The position numbers and the translations under genes are program-made. A stretch of 63,307 bases of DNA, filler included, from Olpidium bornovanus S191 (lineage: Eukaryota > Fungi > Olpidiomycota), in NCBI GenBank assembly GCA_017911155.1. It is 28 parts of 28 records of this genome, joined end to end, with 100 filler letters (N's around TTAATTAATTAA, not from the genome) between each part and the next. Parts side by side here need not be neighbours in the genome. Positions count along the whole stretch, not along the records: positions 23,022 to 24,507 come from JAEFCI010013115.1; positions 24,608 to 26,896 come from JAEFCI010004949.1; positions 26,997 to 28,052 come from JAEFCI010005447.1; positions 28,153 to 30,809 come from JAEFCI010005492.1; positions 30,910 to 32,249 come from JAEFCI010000513.1; positions 32,350 to 33,620 come from JAEFCI010002654.1; positions 33,721 to 35,893 come from JAEFCI010005130.1; 21 more parts are not named here. One strand, written 5' to 3'. This document shows, piece by piece, positions 23,602 through 34,763 of this stretch (positions are counted from its first letter, which is position 1; every line of letters starts with the position of its first letter). The notes under the pieces were generated by a model that was not told where the DNA came from, did not search any database, and saw only the letters and a program-made list of their open reading frames with translations.

Positions 23602-24468
23602 AACGGGGACCTTGGTTTAACACTTTCGGTTAGGCGCCAAGAAATGGAGGAAGGTGGCCGAGGCGTTTTTTTTTTGGGAAAACAGGCGAGGTCCGTCAAA
23701 AGGAAGTTAGACCAAGATTCCGCGGCGAGTAACGAATGCAACAGGAAGGGTTTTGCATAAAGGGTAGAATACGGCCGCCGCACGGGCATGAAAAGGGGGC
23801 CGCTTCAGGTGAGACTGACGTTTCGTAGCTTGTTATATTCGGCACGTATCAGCCGGTGTGCCCGCGAAGTCCTTCCCAGTGAAACCTCGCTTTCCGCACA
23901 CTAGACGCGGGTGCTACGTTTACCGAAAACGACGCGGAGCGGCGGCAGCCCGCAAACCCAGGCTCCAGCGGTTCTCGCACGGCAGCAACAGAGAAAGCGA
24001 GCAAGGCCGGTGCTTGAGGGGGTGAACGAGCCACGAACAGGGAATAGAATCAGACAACTTGGGAGTTTGGCATACGCAGTAGTACCCCGCGTGGTGCAAG
24101 TTCAAAAACTTCTCGTGGCTGCAGGCAGGAGCCATCTGCACGAACTCCGGACATTCCAGGCAGCGTCGCAGGCGCGCGTTCCGCACTGCCCAACACGCGC
24201 ACCCCCAGCGGCGACCAACGTGGGGGGGGGGGCGCACACCGCGTACCCGAGATACCGCTTCGACAGCTGCTTCTCCTCCAGACCCTTATCAGCTTCCCAC
24301 TCCGCGGCCGTGTTGAGGACGGGGACCGCGGGTTTCTTTTCTGTGGCCGCGCGGGGTGTGTGTGTGTGTGTGTGTGGGGCGGGCGGGGTGCATTGCCGAG
24401 GGCCCGAGGTGCGTGCGCCGGTGGGGGGGGGGGAAGGAGAGGGGGGGAGAACGACGGCAGAGCTTTTT

Positions 24469-24499
<31 letters not shown>

Positions 24500-24607
24500 C
24501 GGGGGGGNNNNNNNNNNNNNNNNNNNNNNNNNNNNNNNNNNNNNNNNNNNNTTAATTAATTAANNNNNNNNNNNNNNNNNNNNNNNNNNNNNNNNNNNNN
24601 NNNNNNN

Positions 24608-25535
24608 CCAACCACCTCGTACCGCCCGGCCAGTCTCCAGATGTACGCCTCCTGGCCAATTCATATCACATTGTTTGCCTTCCCGCGTTGGATCTGCAGG
24701 CCAACCAGCGAGCTCGGTTCCCCCATGTCGGTGATGTCGAACTCGTTCTTTAGTTGGGCAACAGTCGCTCGTACCTCGGTGGTCGTGCGTGCGAAGACTA
24801 GTATATCGTCGACCCAGGTCAGTATCCATGCCATGTTATCCCCATTGCTGCGCACATACGTTCTGTGGTCACCGTCAGTGTGCTTGTATCCCAGCTTCTC
24901 CAGCACATCACGTAGCCGGGCTGCCCACGCTCGGCTCGCTTGCTTGAAGCCATAGATGGGCTTACGTAGGCATAGTGCATGGTTGGGCGGCGCCTTGATG
25001 TCACTCCCGGGTGGGATCTCGAGGCATAATTCTTCCTCCAGAACGCCATTGAGGTACGCGGTCTTGACGTCGACGGCTCCCATTTCCAGCCTGTTTTGGG
25101 CTGTCAGTGCAAGACAGATTCAAAGTGTAGTCATTCTCATCACAGGGGCGAACGTCTCACGAAAGTCCACGCCTGGAACTTGCATGAATCCGCGTGCGAC
25201 AAGTCGTGCCTTATGTTTCTTCAGGCTTCCGTCCGCGTTGCGTTGATTCTTGAAAATCCATTTAGTCAAAATGGCTTTTCGTCCAGCCGGTAGTGGGACG
25301 GGATCCGCATCCCACGTGCCGTGCCCGTGGTGGGCGTCCAGTTACGCCTTGATGGCAGCTCTCCAAACTTGTTTTTCGTTGGCATTGACATACGTAGTTG
25401 GGTCTGCGTCCGCATGCAGCTCCGCATCCCAGGTCAAAAGACAATGTTCTGCCGCTTTTTACAGCACGGCAAGAAAACGCAACTGCGGTTTGCGGGTGCC
25501 TCCTCCCCCGCCCATCCGCCGCGTCTCCTGCAAAA
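24608..25535 (-). mobile_element. Degenerate Ty1/copia reverse transcriptase
   Basis: DPTTY, KWIFK..KARLVARGF.QVPGVDF.ETFAPV, DVKTAYLNG, YGFKQASRAW, WVDD, with in-frame stops. Confidence 0.95.
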
Positions 25536-25946
25536 CATGCCGGCCGACCTTCGCGTCAGTTTCCTGCAACAGATAAAGGGCATTGCAGAGAAAGCTGTTC
25601 ACAGCTTTGTGTGTTCCCAAGCCATTCCGAATAATCGTATTGCAGCTTTTCTGGAAGTTGAGCGCACCTGCGGCCAGGCACGTACAGCCATGGTGACTTT
25701 TGCCGATTGGGATTTCAGACTGTATCTGAAATTCCTTCTCCAAGTCATGCCGACACTCTGCATCAAGACTGAGAGCTTGTTTTCCGAAAACAAACAGGCT
25801 GCGCCAGCTGAGGTTACAAAGGCTGTGAAGGTGATGGCTGACAGCTGGCTGGGCCACGAAGGAGTCCACGGAACATTCGACAATGGGCCCCTCCTAGTCC
25901 TATGGAGCGCGTTCGCCAACCTCGTGGAGCTAGTTGGTATGCGTCA
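25536..25946 (+). CDS. Unidentified coding fragment between a copia remnant and an LTR
   Basis: Stop-free frame MPADLRVSFLQQ..DWDFRLYLKFLLQVMP..GPLLVLWSAF with protein-like composition; family not recognised. Confidence 0.35.
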
Positions 25947-26896
25947 TGTTTTAGGCGAAAGTCGGGCAAAAGCTAAACTTTTGCCACTAACACCCGTTGC
26001 CAATGACAGCGGGTTGTTGAAATTTCACCCTTCCCCTTCGTTTCGCGGGTCCTCAGAACCCCTGAATGTTTGTCTACTCTACATAACACGTAAAAATTCC
26101 CTGAATAATAATTTCCTTAGTTCCTCGGCGGAACGTAAAAACCAACAGGTTATGAGCCCAAAGGGACTCTGACGGCCCCGAGCCCGCTTCGCCGTCGCCT
26201 CTGCCTTCGGCCCCGAGCTCGCGTCGCTCGTCGCCTCCGCCTTCGGCCCGAGCTTGCACCGCCGCCGCTGCCGCCGCGCGTTAGCCGCCTTTTTCCGGCC
26301 GCCGCCGCTGTTTTCCGGCAGCGGCCGCCCCTTTCGCCGCAGCTCCGCCGCCGCAGCCCGCCCCGCCGAAGCCGTTCCAAATAAGACTGGCATTTACCGA
26401 TCGTGACACAGGCACCAAGTCCGACAAGGTGCATAGAGCAATATTCTCCCAAAGGACACGCCTAAGAGAAGCTCTAGAGGATGCATTTCTGCAAACCCCG
26501 ACCCAGCCGATTACTCCACGCCTCAATGAGATTGAGGAGTCCCGTGCTGCGTTGCATAAAGCACAACCGCAGTTGAAACGTCAAGAACGGCACAGGACCC
26601 AGAGCGGACAGAACCAGCGCCAAGAGCAAACCCCGGTTATGAGCACCGATTCGTTAAAGCTTGTCTTTGCAGAAATAACAAAGTTTAACGGGCAAGGGAC
26701 AGCCTCAGCGGCTGCAGCAGATCTGAATTTATTCATTATACGGATTGAGCGTTTCTTTAAATTAAGCGACACTCACAAGGATTCGCAAACAAATCTCGCT
26801 GCTACAAAGCTGGATGGCATGGTCAGATGGTCCTTTACCTGGATGGTCTAAACCATAACGTCCGGACTGCCATCGCCGCCATTCCAGGAAACATTA
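25947..26896 (+). mobile_element. LTR (TGTT...AACA, about 25947-26147), PBS GGTTATGAGCCC (26148-26159), GC-rich leader and gag-like ORF (26429-26851)
   Basis: Termini and PBS read directly. The gag-like segment ITKFNG..LNLFIIRIERFF..AATKLDG..W resembles Ty3/gypsy capsid. Confidence 0.7.
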
Positions 26897-27077
26897 NNNN
26901 NNNNNNNNNNNNNNNNNNNNNNNNNNNNNNNNNNNNNNNNTTAATTAATTAANNNNNNNNNNNNNNNNNNNNNNNNNNNNNNNNNNNNNNNNNNNNTGGT
27001 ACGCGAGGGTTCCGCAGCGGTGACAAGCGTCCGTGCCGTCGACGCGAACTGGATTACAGGGTTGGCGGCGGGGTTGA

Positions 27078-27395
27078 TTACACGCGAGACAGCACCGATT
27101 CGTAGGTTGGGACCATGTACTGCGGCCGGAATTCCCCCGGCCCCCCGCCCCCCACCCCAGAGCGAAAGCTGGTTACCGGAAACGGTCTCGAACGGGTACG
27201 AACCGGTACGCAAAAGAAAGCACTCTGCTCCACAACTCACCTTGATGCTGAACGCGGCCGACAGCACCACGCGCGGCGGGTGTGTGTGTGTGCGCGCGGA
27301 AACCAAAAAAAAACGTTCAGAGCGCGCAGAAACTGTCAAAAATCTCCCGCGGACGATCCCGGACCGCGCGTGATCGGGATGGAGGAGAAAAAGAA

Positions 27396-27431
<36 letters not shown>

Positions 27432-27959
27432 GACTCGGGGGCCAAAATCGAAAAAAAAAAAAAAAAAAAAAAGGAACGCACTTTATGAACGCGTCGGGTC
27501 CGCCGGTCAGCTCGAACTTCTCCAGGGTTTCCTGGATAAGATCGCCGATGTTTTCGCGCTTCTGCTGCGAATAGTATATTCCGTCCCCCAAGTTCACTGC
27601 GCAGAATTCGCCTCGGGGTGGTGAGCGCCGGGCGTGCGCATCCCTGACGGGCCCGCGTGGTGACCGGGGGAAGCGGGGGGACAAGGGAGGCGGAGGGTGG
27701 GTGGGGGCAGGGCCGGGGGAGGAGGTCGCGAGAGGGGGAGAGGGGGGGGGGAACGAAATGACATGCCCAGATCGGTTTCTTGGGGAAGCGACGGACGCCA
27801 AGAACTCACCGTTCCAGTTCTTAAAGAGGTTAAATATCGGCAAGATCTGCCGGTAATACGGTACGAGCGCCTCGCCCACCATTTCGGCCGACTCCACGAG
27901 GTGCTGCAGAACCTTGAGCGTCGTGGTGATGACATGCACGTTTCGGGTGTTGAGCGCCT
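27078..27959 (-). CDS. PACRG: Parkin co-regulated axonemal protein, 3' part
   Basis: Exons 27810-27959, 27482-27596, 27241-27247, 27078-27119 give [69 protein letters not shown]. Confidence 0.97.
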
Positions 27960-28152
27960 CTGTGTTTCGGGGGGAAAGTGGGGGAGAGGGAGAGGGGAGG
28001 AAGCCGTCAGGCCGCGAAAACGAGCGCACTTCGCCAGCGCAGGTTTTGAAAANNNNNNNNNNNNNNNNNNNNNNNNNNNNNNNNNNNNNNNNNNNNTTAA
28101 TTAATTAANNNNNNNNNNNNNNNNNNNNNNNNNNNNNNNNNNNNNNNNNNNN

Positions 28153-30809
28153 AGAGACGTGGGACACGCAACGCCGTCGCTAACGAGAGTGGTGTCAGGC
28201 TTCTCGGTCGCCGCTGCCGCTGCAGCGCGTCGCTCCGCGTCCAGCTCGGCCTTCAACTTAACGACCTCCATGCGCAATCTGATCCCCACCTCCTCCAGGG
28301 CCATCTTCGCCTCCTCCGACTTCAACAGCTCCTCTCTAGCTGCCCTGGTCCTGGCTCTCTCCTTCTCCAGATCCGCCTCAAGGTCCTTCCGGGCGGCGCT
28401 CACGGCGTCCTCGACCTCCTGCGCCCTCAGCTTCTGGGCGCTCTCGATTTCGGCAGTGGCGCGCGCGAGCTCGGCTGTGAGCCGCACGTTCGCCTCCAGG
28501 GCCATTGCGTTTGCTTGCCTAGTCGACCCCGCGCGCAGCTCATCAACCTGCGACTGCAGGGCGGCGACCTCGCGCATGGCCGCCTGGACCTGGAGCGACG
28601 CCGCCCGCTCCGCCTCGCCGGCCTGGTCCTTGGCGGCACGGGCCCAAATGGTGAGGCGCTCGTTCTCGGTTTGGTAGCCGCGGATGAGGGCCTCCTGCTC
28701 TTCGATCTCGCGGCGCAGCTGGGCCGTCTCCAAATCCGGGAGCCGCTGCTGCTTGGCGCCTCCGTCGGCACTGGCGCGAAGGAACTTCTCCCGCAGCGTC
28801 CCGTATCCCGCCTTCTCCTGCTGAGGGCGCACGCGCTCCAGGTCGGCGCGCAGCGCGCCGATCTCCTGGTCGCGCACGACGAGGTCCCGGCGGCACCTGT
28901 CGAGCGCCGCCCGCATCTCCTCATTCTCTCGGGAACGCGGCCGCGCCGTCATCTCAAATCCCCGCTCCAGCTCCTGACGTAGCTCCCGGATTTCCTCGTC
29001 GCGTAGCCGCAAATCGTCGAGAAGCTTCGCGTTTGCGCGCTCCAGAATTTCCGGACCGCTTTTCAAAGTGCTTTCGGCCCACGCCGCCGCCTTGGCTCTA
29101 CCTCCCCCGGCGCCCGCAACAACGTCGTCCTCGGCCGGGGAGGGTTTGACGGGCTGGCTCGGATGCGCAGAACTTGCCCCCGCCGCTTCGGCTCTCTGAC
29201 GCTCCATTTCTCTGAGAAACACAGGCTCACGTGACACGGGCGGCGGGTTGTCCCGATAGGGTACCGGATCGGTTTCGAGGTGTAGCGAACGTTCCGGCGT
29301 AATACTGCCCGACGCGCTTAAGCTTGTCGCGGAGAGAGTCCGGAGCCGCTGATTGAATTTCCTGAGCACGGACTCTTTCGTCGGCGTACCCGGCGGACTG
29401 CCGGCTCGGCCTGTGGTCGCGCGGGTGGCGGCGACCCGGCCCGTCGCGGAAGTGCTGCCCATCTTCCTGTCGGTGGCGGACGCCCGCTTGGACTTGGACG
29501 ACGCGGCAGCGGTCTTTGCCATTCGGGATGCCGCGCCGGGACCGGCGGATGCCGCATGCTGAGCCGCCCTCTCAAATGCCGACTGCTTCTTCAGGCCTTT
29601 CCTTCCGGGAACTCGGCGGGCCGCCGTCCCTGCGGTCGCCGCTTTACTTCCGCCCGCGGAGGCGACGGCGTGAGCAGCAGAAGTCCGGCCATGCTTCTTG
29701 GGTGACGGCGAACGCGACGGGGGACGCTTTTTCCGGAACCTCTCCGTCGCCGGGTGACGGCTGCCCAGCTCCGCCTCAATTAGCGGCACATCCCGGCGGT
29801 AGGGCACGCGGATAGCCACTTCGGGGATGTCGCCCTCGCCCAGCTCCGTGCGGCATCCAGCGACCACCGCGACACTGGAGGTGTTTACAGACTTTTCGCT
29901 CGCGCTGGATGCCAGTTGGACATCCTCTTCGTCCTCCTTATGGACAACTGCGTCCACACCCTCATCACTCTGGACACCTCCGGCCACCTCATCTTTCTCC
30001 TGTGCACCTTTGTTCACCTCCTGTTCACTCTGGATAATCTTGCTGGCAGTAAACTCTTGATGAGCGCCTTTGGCAGCTGTCAGTCGGAGGGTCACCTTTT
30101 GAAGCAGAGTGTCAAAAACGGAAGGCGGCCCCGGCGGCTGAATCGGTTTTGGAGGCTGGTGTTGTGCGGCGCTCGATATGACCAAGACAGCTTCTTCACA
30201 CGCTTTATGATGTCTATGTGGTTCTGCCGGGACTACGTTGGGCACAGTTTCGATGGCTGATCGCGCCTGCCCCTCGGGATATTCGGTTCCATCCATCTTC
30301 TCTTTTCGTAGGTACAGTTCCTCGTCTTTGAGCTCAGCCCGGATGGCAGGTTTCACATCCCCATCGGCGCTCAGAGATCCCGGCGGTGCGTCGGATGAAT
30401 GCGCCCTCGCCGTTGACGTCGGCTCTTCCCCGCCGACATCGCCTCTATCCGCACGTTTTCGTCCAATGTCGCTGGCAGCGTCCGCTGCACTCTTAACAAC
30501 TCCTTCAAGAAGAGCACGAATGGTAGCCCGCCGCGGAGGCGGCACCCTCGACGTTTCACCCATGCCGCTGATGTCCTCAAGCTGCGATAGTGCAGAGTCC
30601 ACCTCATCTAGCGAGTCGGTAAGCTCATCGTCGTTCTCGGCGTAGACGAGGCGCCTTCGGAGCCCGGTTGCTTCGTCCCGCGATTGCAGCGGCTGAGACT
30701 CCGGTTGGCCGGAAGTCTGCTTCTCTTCCGGCTGGAGGCGGTCGTCCGTTTCGCGGGACGCGTCCGGCGCCCCGCTTTTCAAACTCTGATCCGCCGTAGC
30801 AGTCGCATG
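28153..30809 (-). CDS. Large coiled-coil protein, CEP162-like; truncated at both ends
   Basis: Single stop-free frame across the whole contig. EQEALIRGYQTENERL resembles the conserved CEP162 motif; a long acidic/disordered region precedes the coiled coils. Confidence 0.6.
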
Positions 30810-31000
30810 NNNNNNNNNNNNNNNNNNNNNNNNNNNNNNNNNNNNNNNNNNNNTTAATTAATTAANNNNNNNNNNNNNNNNNNNNNNNNNNNNNNNNNNN
30901 NNNNNNNNNCGGCACCCCGGGCCGCGGTGGCTTTTCTCGCCACCTGGGAAAATTCGTGACGTCACGCGACAACGTTCGAGAGAAGTCACAAACAAACAAA

Positions 31001-31038
<38 letters not shown>

Positions 31039-31165
31039 GAAATTACAAACCCCTGAAAAAAGGGGGTTCGGGCCCAGGGCCCCGGACGAGGAACCCCCCC
31101 CCGGGGGGGGGGGGGGGGGGGGGGGGGGGGAGGGGACCCCCCCGGGCTTTCCCGGGGGGGGTTTG

Positions 31166-31196
<31 letters not shown>

Positions 31197-31230
31197 GTTG
31201 TTGTTTTGCCGGCCGTGATTTTTGTTGAAT

Positions 31231-32249
31231 TTAAATCAGCGTCCCCGCCGCGAGCGCAAACGGAAGCAGGGCGGCCAATGGCGCGAGCACCGCGGCGGCG
31301 GCCGCGGGGCTGGCGGAGCCGAGCGCGGGGCTGGCGAAGCCGGGCGCGGGGCGGCCGCCGTCGCCCGGCGACGGAACCGCGCCGGTCGTGCCGTTCCGGG
31401 CGTCCGCCGGCGGCCCGGCGGCGGAAGCCGGTGCGGGCGTCGGAGCGGGCGTCCCGGCGGCGGAAGCCGGTGCGGGCGTCGGAGCGGGCGTCGGGGCGGG
31501 GGACGGGGAGGGGGCCGGGGAGGGAGTGGACGAGCCGGCCGCGGGCTCGGCGCCCTCCGCCTCTTCCTCGCCTGGCGCGGCCGCCAGCGCCGGGTCCGCT
31601 TCTCCGCCGCCGTTCTCGCCGTCAAGGTTCCCGCCGAAGACGCCGTCTACGTTCTCGCCGTCAAGGCTCGGGATCGTCACGCCTAACATCACCTGGCGTT
31701 CGCGGACCTGCTGGAGCTCTTCGCAGGGCCGAAGTTCGCTGAATTTGATGCTGAAGCAAGATAAAAAAAAAAAAAAAAAAAAAAAGGGCGGAGTTTGGGA
31801 GGGAGGGGTGGGAGGGGGCAGAGATGGAAGAAAAACGGGAGTTCATTTTCCGTTACGGTTTCCATTTACCCCTCACCCTCCTCTCGCTTGGGGGGGCGGT
31901 CCTCATCGAGAAAAAAAAAAGACAAAACGAAAAACCAAAAAAACGAAAAAAGTAAAACTCACTCCGTGATGCCCTCGTCCACGTCCGCGATCAAGCGGAA
32001 AGCGTCCTTTGACAGGTCCATCTCTTTGCAGGCCGATCCGACGCACTTGTCGACGAATCTCGCGACCACCGACCCCTTGCGGCCGGTCACCACCGAGCAC
32101 ATGCCGCACTTGGATGCGGATTGGGCGAACAGCCGGGCGTCCAGCGCGAAGACTTTGGTCGTTTCGAAGGACCCCGGGCACGCAACATCTTCGCCGAAGA
32201 CGTGCCACGTCGCCTGCCCGTCCTCGGCGCGCGCGACGACGGCGGCGAA
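31231..32249 (-). CDS. GPI-anchored RlpA-like double-psi beta-barrel (expansin/loosenin-like) protein; 5'-truncated
   Basis: ALDARLF..KCGMCSVVTGRKGSVVARFVDKC..C..MDLSKDAF..IAD..GI; intron 31751-31962; Pro/Ala/Thr linker; hydrophobic tail AAAVLAPLAALLPFALAAGTLI. Confidence 0.85.
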
Positions 32250-32549
32250 NNNNNNNNNNNNNNNNNNNNNNNNNNNNNNNNNNNNNNNNNNNNTTAATTA
32301 ATTAANNNNNNNNNNNNNNNNNNNNNNNNNNNNNNNNNNNNNNNNNNNNGCCACCGCTTTCTCCTCAGCACCGACCGACCGCACGCACGCGCCGATCAAC
32401 CGACCAGTCGACCGCTCCCCGGGTGCAGGAAAGGTGGGAACGGGACGGCTCCAAATACAGATTATTCATGTTTGCGCTGATCTGCTTCTGCCACCAGCTG
32501 ACGCGTTCAAAATTTTCCTCGGACCTTTTTTCAAAAACCAGTAACAACT

Positions 32550-32759
32550 ATGACGAAGGTTTCTCTCGGTTCGCCCCTCGCCTTCCTGCTCGCCACCCTC
32601 CTCACCCTCCTGGTGGTCGCCTTGGCTCCGCAGGCGCAGGCCACGCAGTACTGGCCGGGCCGTTACTACCCGCGCCCCCCCTATTACCCTTGGGGCCGTC
32701 CCCCCTACTACCCCTGGGGCCGTCCTCCCTACTGGCGGCCTTATTACAGGCACATGTGA
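32550..32759 (+). CDS. Small secreted Pro/Tyr/Arg/Trp-rich repeat peptide (69 aa)
   Basis: A-rich context before the ATG, 31-aa signal peptide ending AQA, mature part with PPYYPWGR repeats whose codons differ synonymously. Confidence 0.8.
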   Translation: MTKVSLGSPLAFLLATLLTLLVVALAPQAQATQYWPGRYYPRPPYYPWGRPPYYPWGRPPYWRPYYRHM

Positions 32760-33720
32760 AAGGAGAGGCGAAGGGCGGAAGCTTGAGCGGTGGAGACGAC
32801 CGGGAGGAAATACGTCGGGAGGGAAATGCGTCCATAACGCGGGTGTGGTTTTAGTACAAATAACCCTGGCGTCTGATTTTTTGCAAAGATAAGGGACACT
32901 TGCGCAACGAAGTCTGCCGGTGCGGATGGGCTTGTGAAATGAAATGGAGAGACGGGGCGAAGCCTTTTGGCTGGGATTTGCCGCTTGAAGCTGTCGGAGA
33001 TTTCGCGGGGGTTTTGTCAAGTCGACGGGGGGCTGAAGGGACGGGGGAAGGGGGAGGGGGAAGGACGGGAGGAGAGAAAAAGGGGACGAACGGGACGGAG
33101 AGAAGAACAGTGGGGGTTACACAACATAGCGTCCGCCCACCACCACCACCTGTTGCTTTTCCCTCCCCGGCCTTCCCACGGACGAAAAGGGCCGTGGATC
33201 CGGACCTCCGCCGGAATGCCAGATTAACCGGCCAAAAGCCCGGCTAGTGTCCGCCGGACCGCACCCATCCACCCTCGCCTACTTTCATCGCCGAATCTCT
33301 CATACTCTCTCCCTCGTTTGGATGCTCGGTAGAAGCATTCCCCTGATGGGTGGGGGCAAAAATCGCGGCGCTGTGGAGCTCTGACTGTCGTGCCAGCAGT
33401 TGAAGAACCGTGGCCATGCGTGTTTGGGAAGACGGCGACGCGGCCTTTATATGCGACATACGGCATAATGCGCGACATGACGGAGGATTGTAATAGGACC
33501 CATGACATAACACGCGGCCTGTAAACAGTGTGGTACAAACCAGCGACGTAATAAGCCTCAACATCTACACCCGAGTTACGTTTCTGTCCGCGGAGCTCGG
33601 CAACGTGCAAATGGTGTGCCNNNNNNNNNNNNNNNNNNNNNNNNNNNNNNNNNNNNNNNNNNNNTTAATTAATTAANNNNNNNNNNNNNNNNNNNNNNNN
33701 NNNNNNNNNNNNNNNNNNNN

Positions 33721-34250
33721 ACAGTATGATGGGCTATACTTGGGCCAGGAACACTACGTGGAGCAAGTCTTCAACCGTTTCGGACATCCCAGTTGTCACT
33801 CCACCTCTACACCTCTCGATCCTTCGGCAATTGGCTGCATGTGTGTCCGCACTATTGGAGCTTTGACGGCCAATTGGGTGATCTGCAATGAGTGTCTCAG
33901 ATCTCTGTTTATCTGAGCTTTCGCACGCGCTTGCATATCACGGTAACTGTCAATTTGGCCATTTCACGTTGGGATTCCGAGTGTCAGACATTGGGCCGGG
34001 CTAAAACGTACTTCACGCTTTCCACCGGCACCACCTGTCACGCACTGTTCTATCCCCGGAACACCAATTCGCCCGGAGTTGTCGCACTTATCGCGCACAT
34101 CGACGGTGCCTCGGCTTGCGCCGTTGACGACCGCCAGCATTACCGGATGAATCATCCTTCCGGGCACGGCTGCCGTTGCATGGCGAAGCGGCAGGCAGAC
34201 GACCATCGCACATAATAGCACGGAAGAGGATATTACGGCACACCTGAAAA
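33721..34250 (+). mobile_element. Highly degenerate Ty1/copia RT-end/RNase H remnant
   Basis: LGQEHYVEQVFNRFG..STPLD, YLSFRTR..VNL, AVAWRSGRQTTIA..STE. Confidence 0.85.
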
Positions 34251-34583
34251 GGTGGAGGGGAGAACAGCGTGGCGCGGAGGCGGTGGACTGCTTTCAGAAA
34301 CACCCCAGGGTCCGATGCAGAGGGCCTTTTCCTCCACGCGCTTCTTGGAGCTGGCGCGCTTTTCGGCAAGAGTGGGCACCGGCACCTCGGGAAGGAGCAG
34401 GCTCCGTCGTCCGCAGTGTCGGCGGGCTGCCGCTCCTTTGGCACCGTTGAAGCCGCCGCGGAGGCGGCGGACCGTTTTCGGACACACGCCCGGCCTGCTG
34501 CAGAGGACTTCTCCACCACGCTATTCTTGAAGCTGGCGTGCTTTTCGGCAGCACCGGGCACAAGTACCTCGGGCAGAAGGCGT

Positions 34584-34763
34584 CCTCTCCGGCGTCCGCA
34601 GTGTCGACGAACTGTTACCGGGGTTTCCGCTCGCCGCTGTCGGGCAGCTCGTTCCGGGACTTCCGTTCTGCCCCCTCTCCGGCGTCCGCAGTGTCGACGA
34701 ACTGTTACCGGGGTTTCCGCTCGCCGCTGTCGGCCAGCTCGTTCCGGGACTTCCGCTCTCTTA
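34584..34763. repeat. Near-perfect 90-nt tandem duplication within a larger diverged repeat (about 34300-34770)
   Basis: CCTCTCCGGCGTCCGCAGTGTCGACG starts at 34584 and again at 34674. Confidence 0.9.

Noticed and set aside
23920-24237. Cys/His cluster (CLECPEF..CSH..HH..YCVC) like a ZZ/UBR zinc finger
   Set aside because: Spacing does not fit either consensus well, and I found no supporting splice structure.
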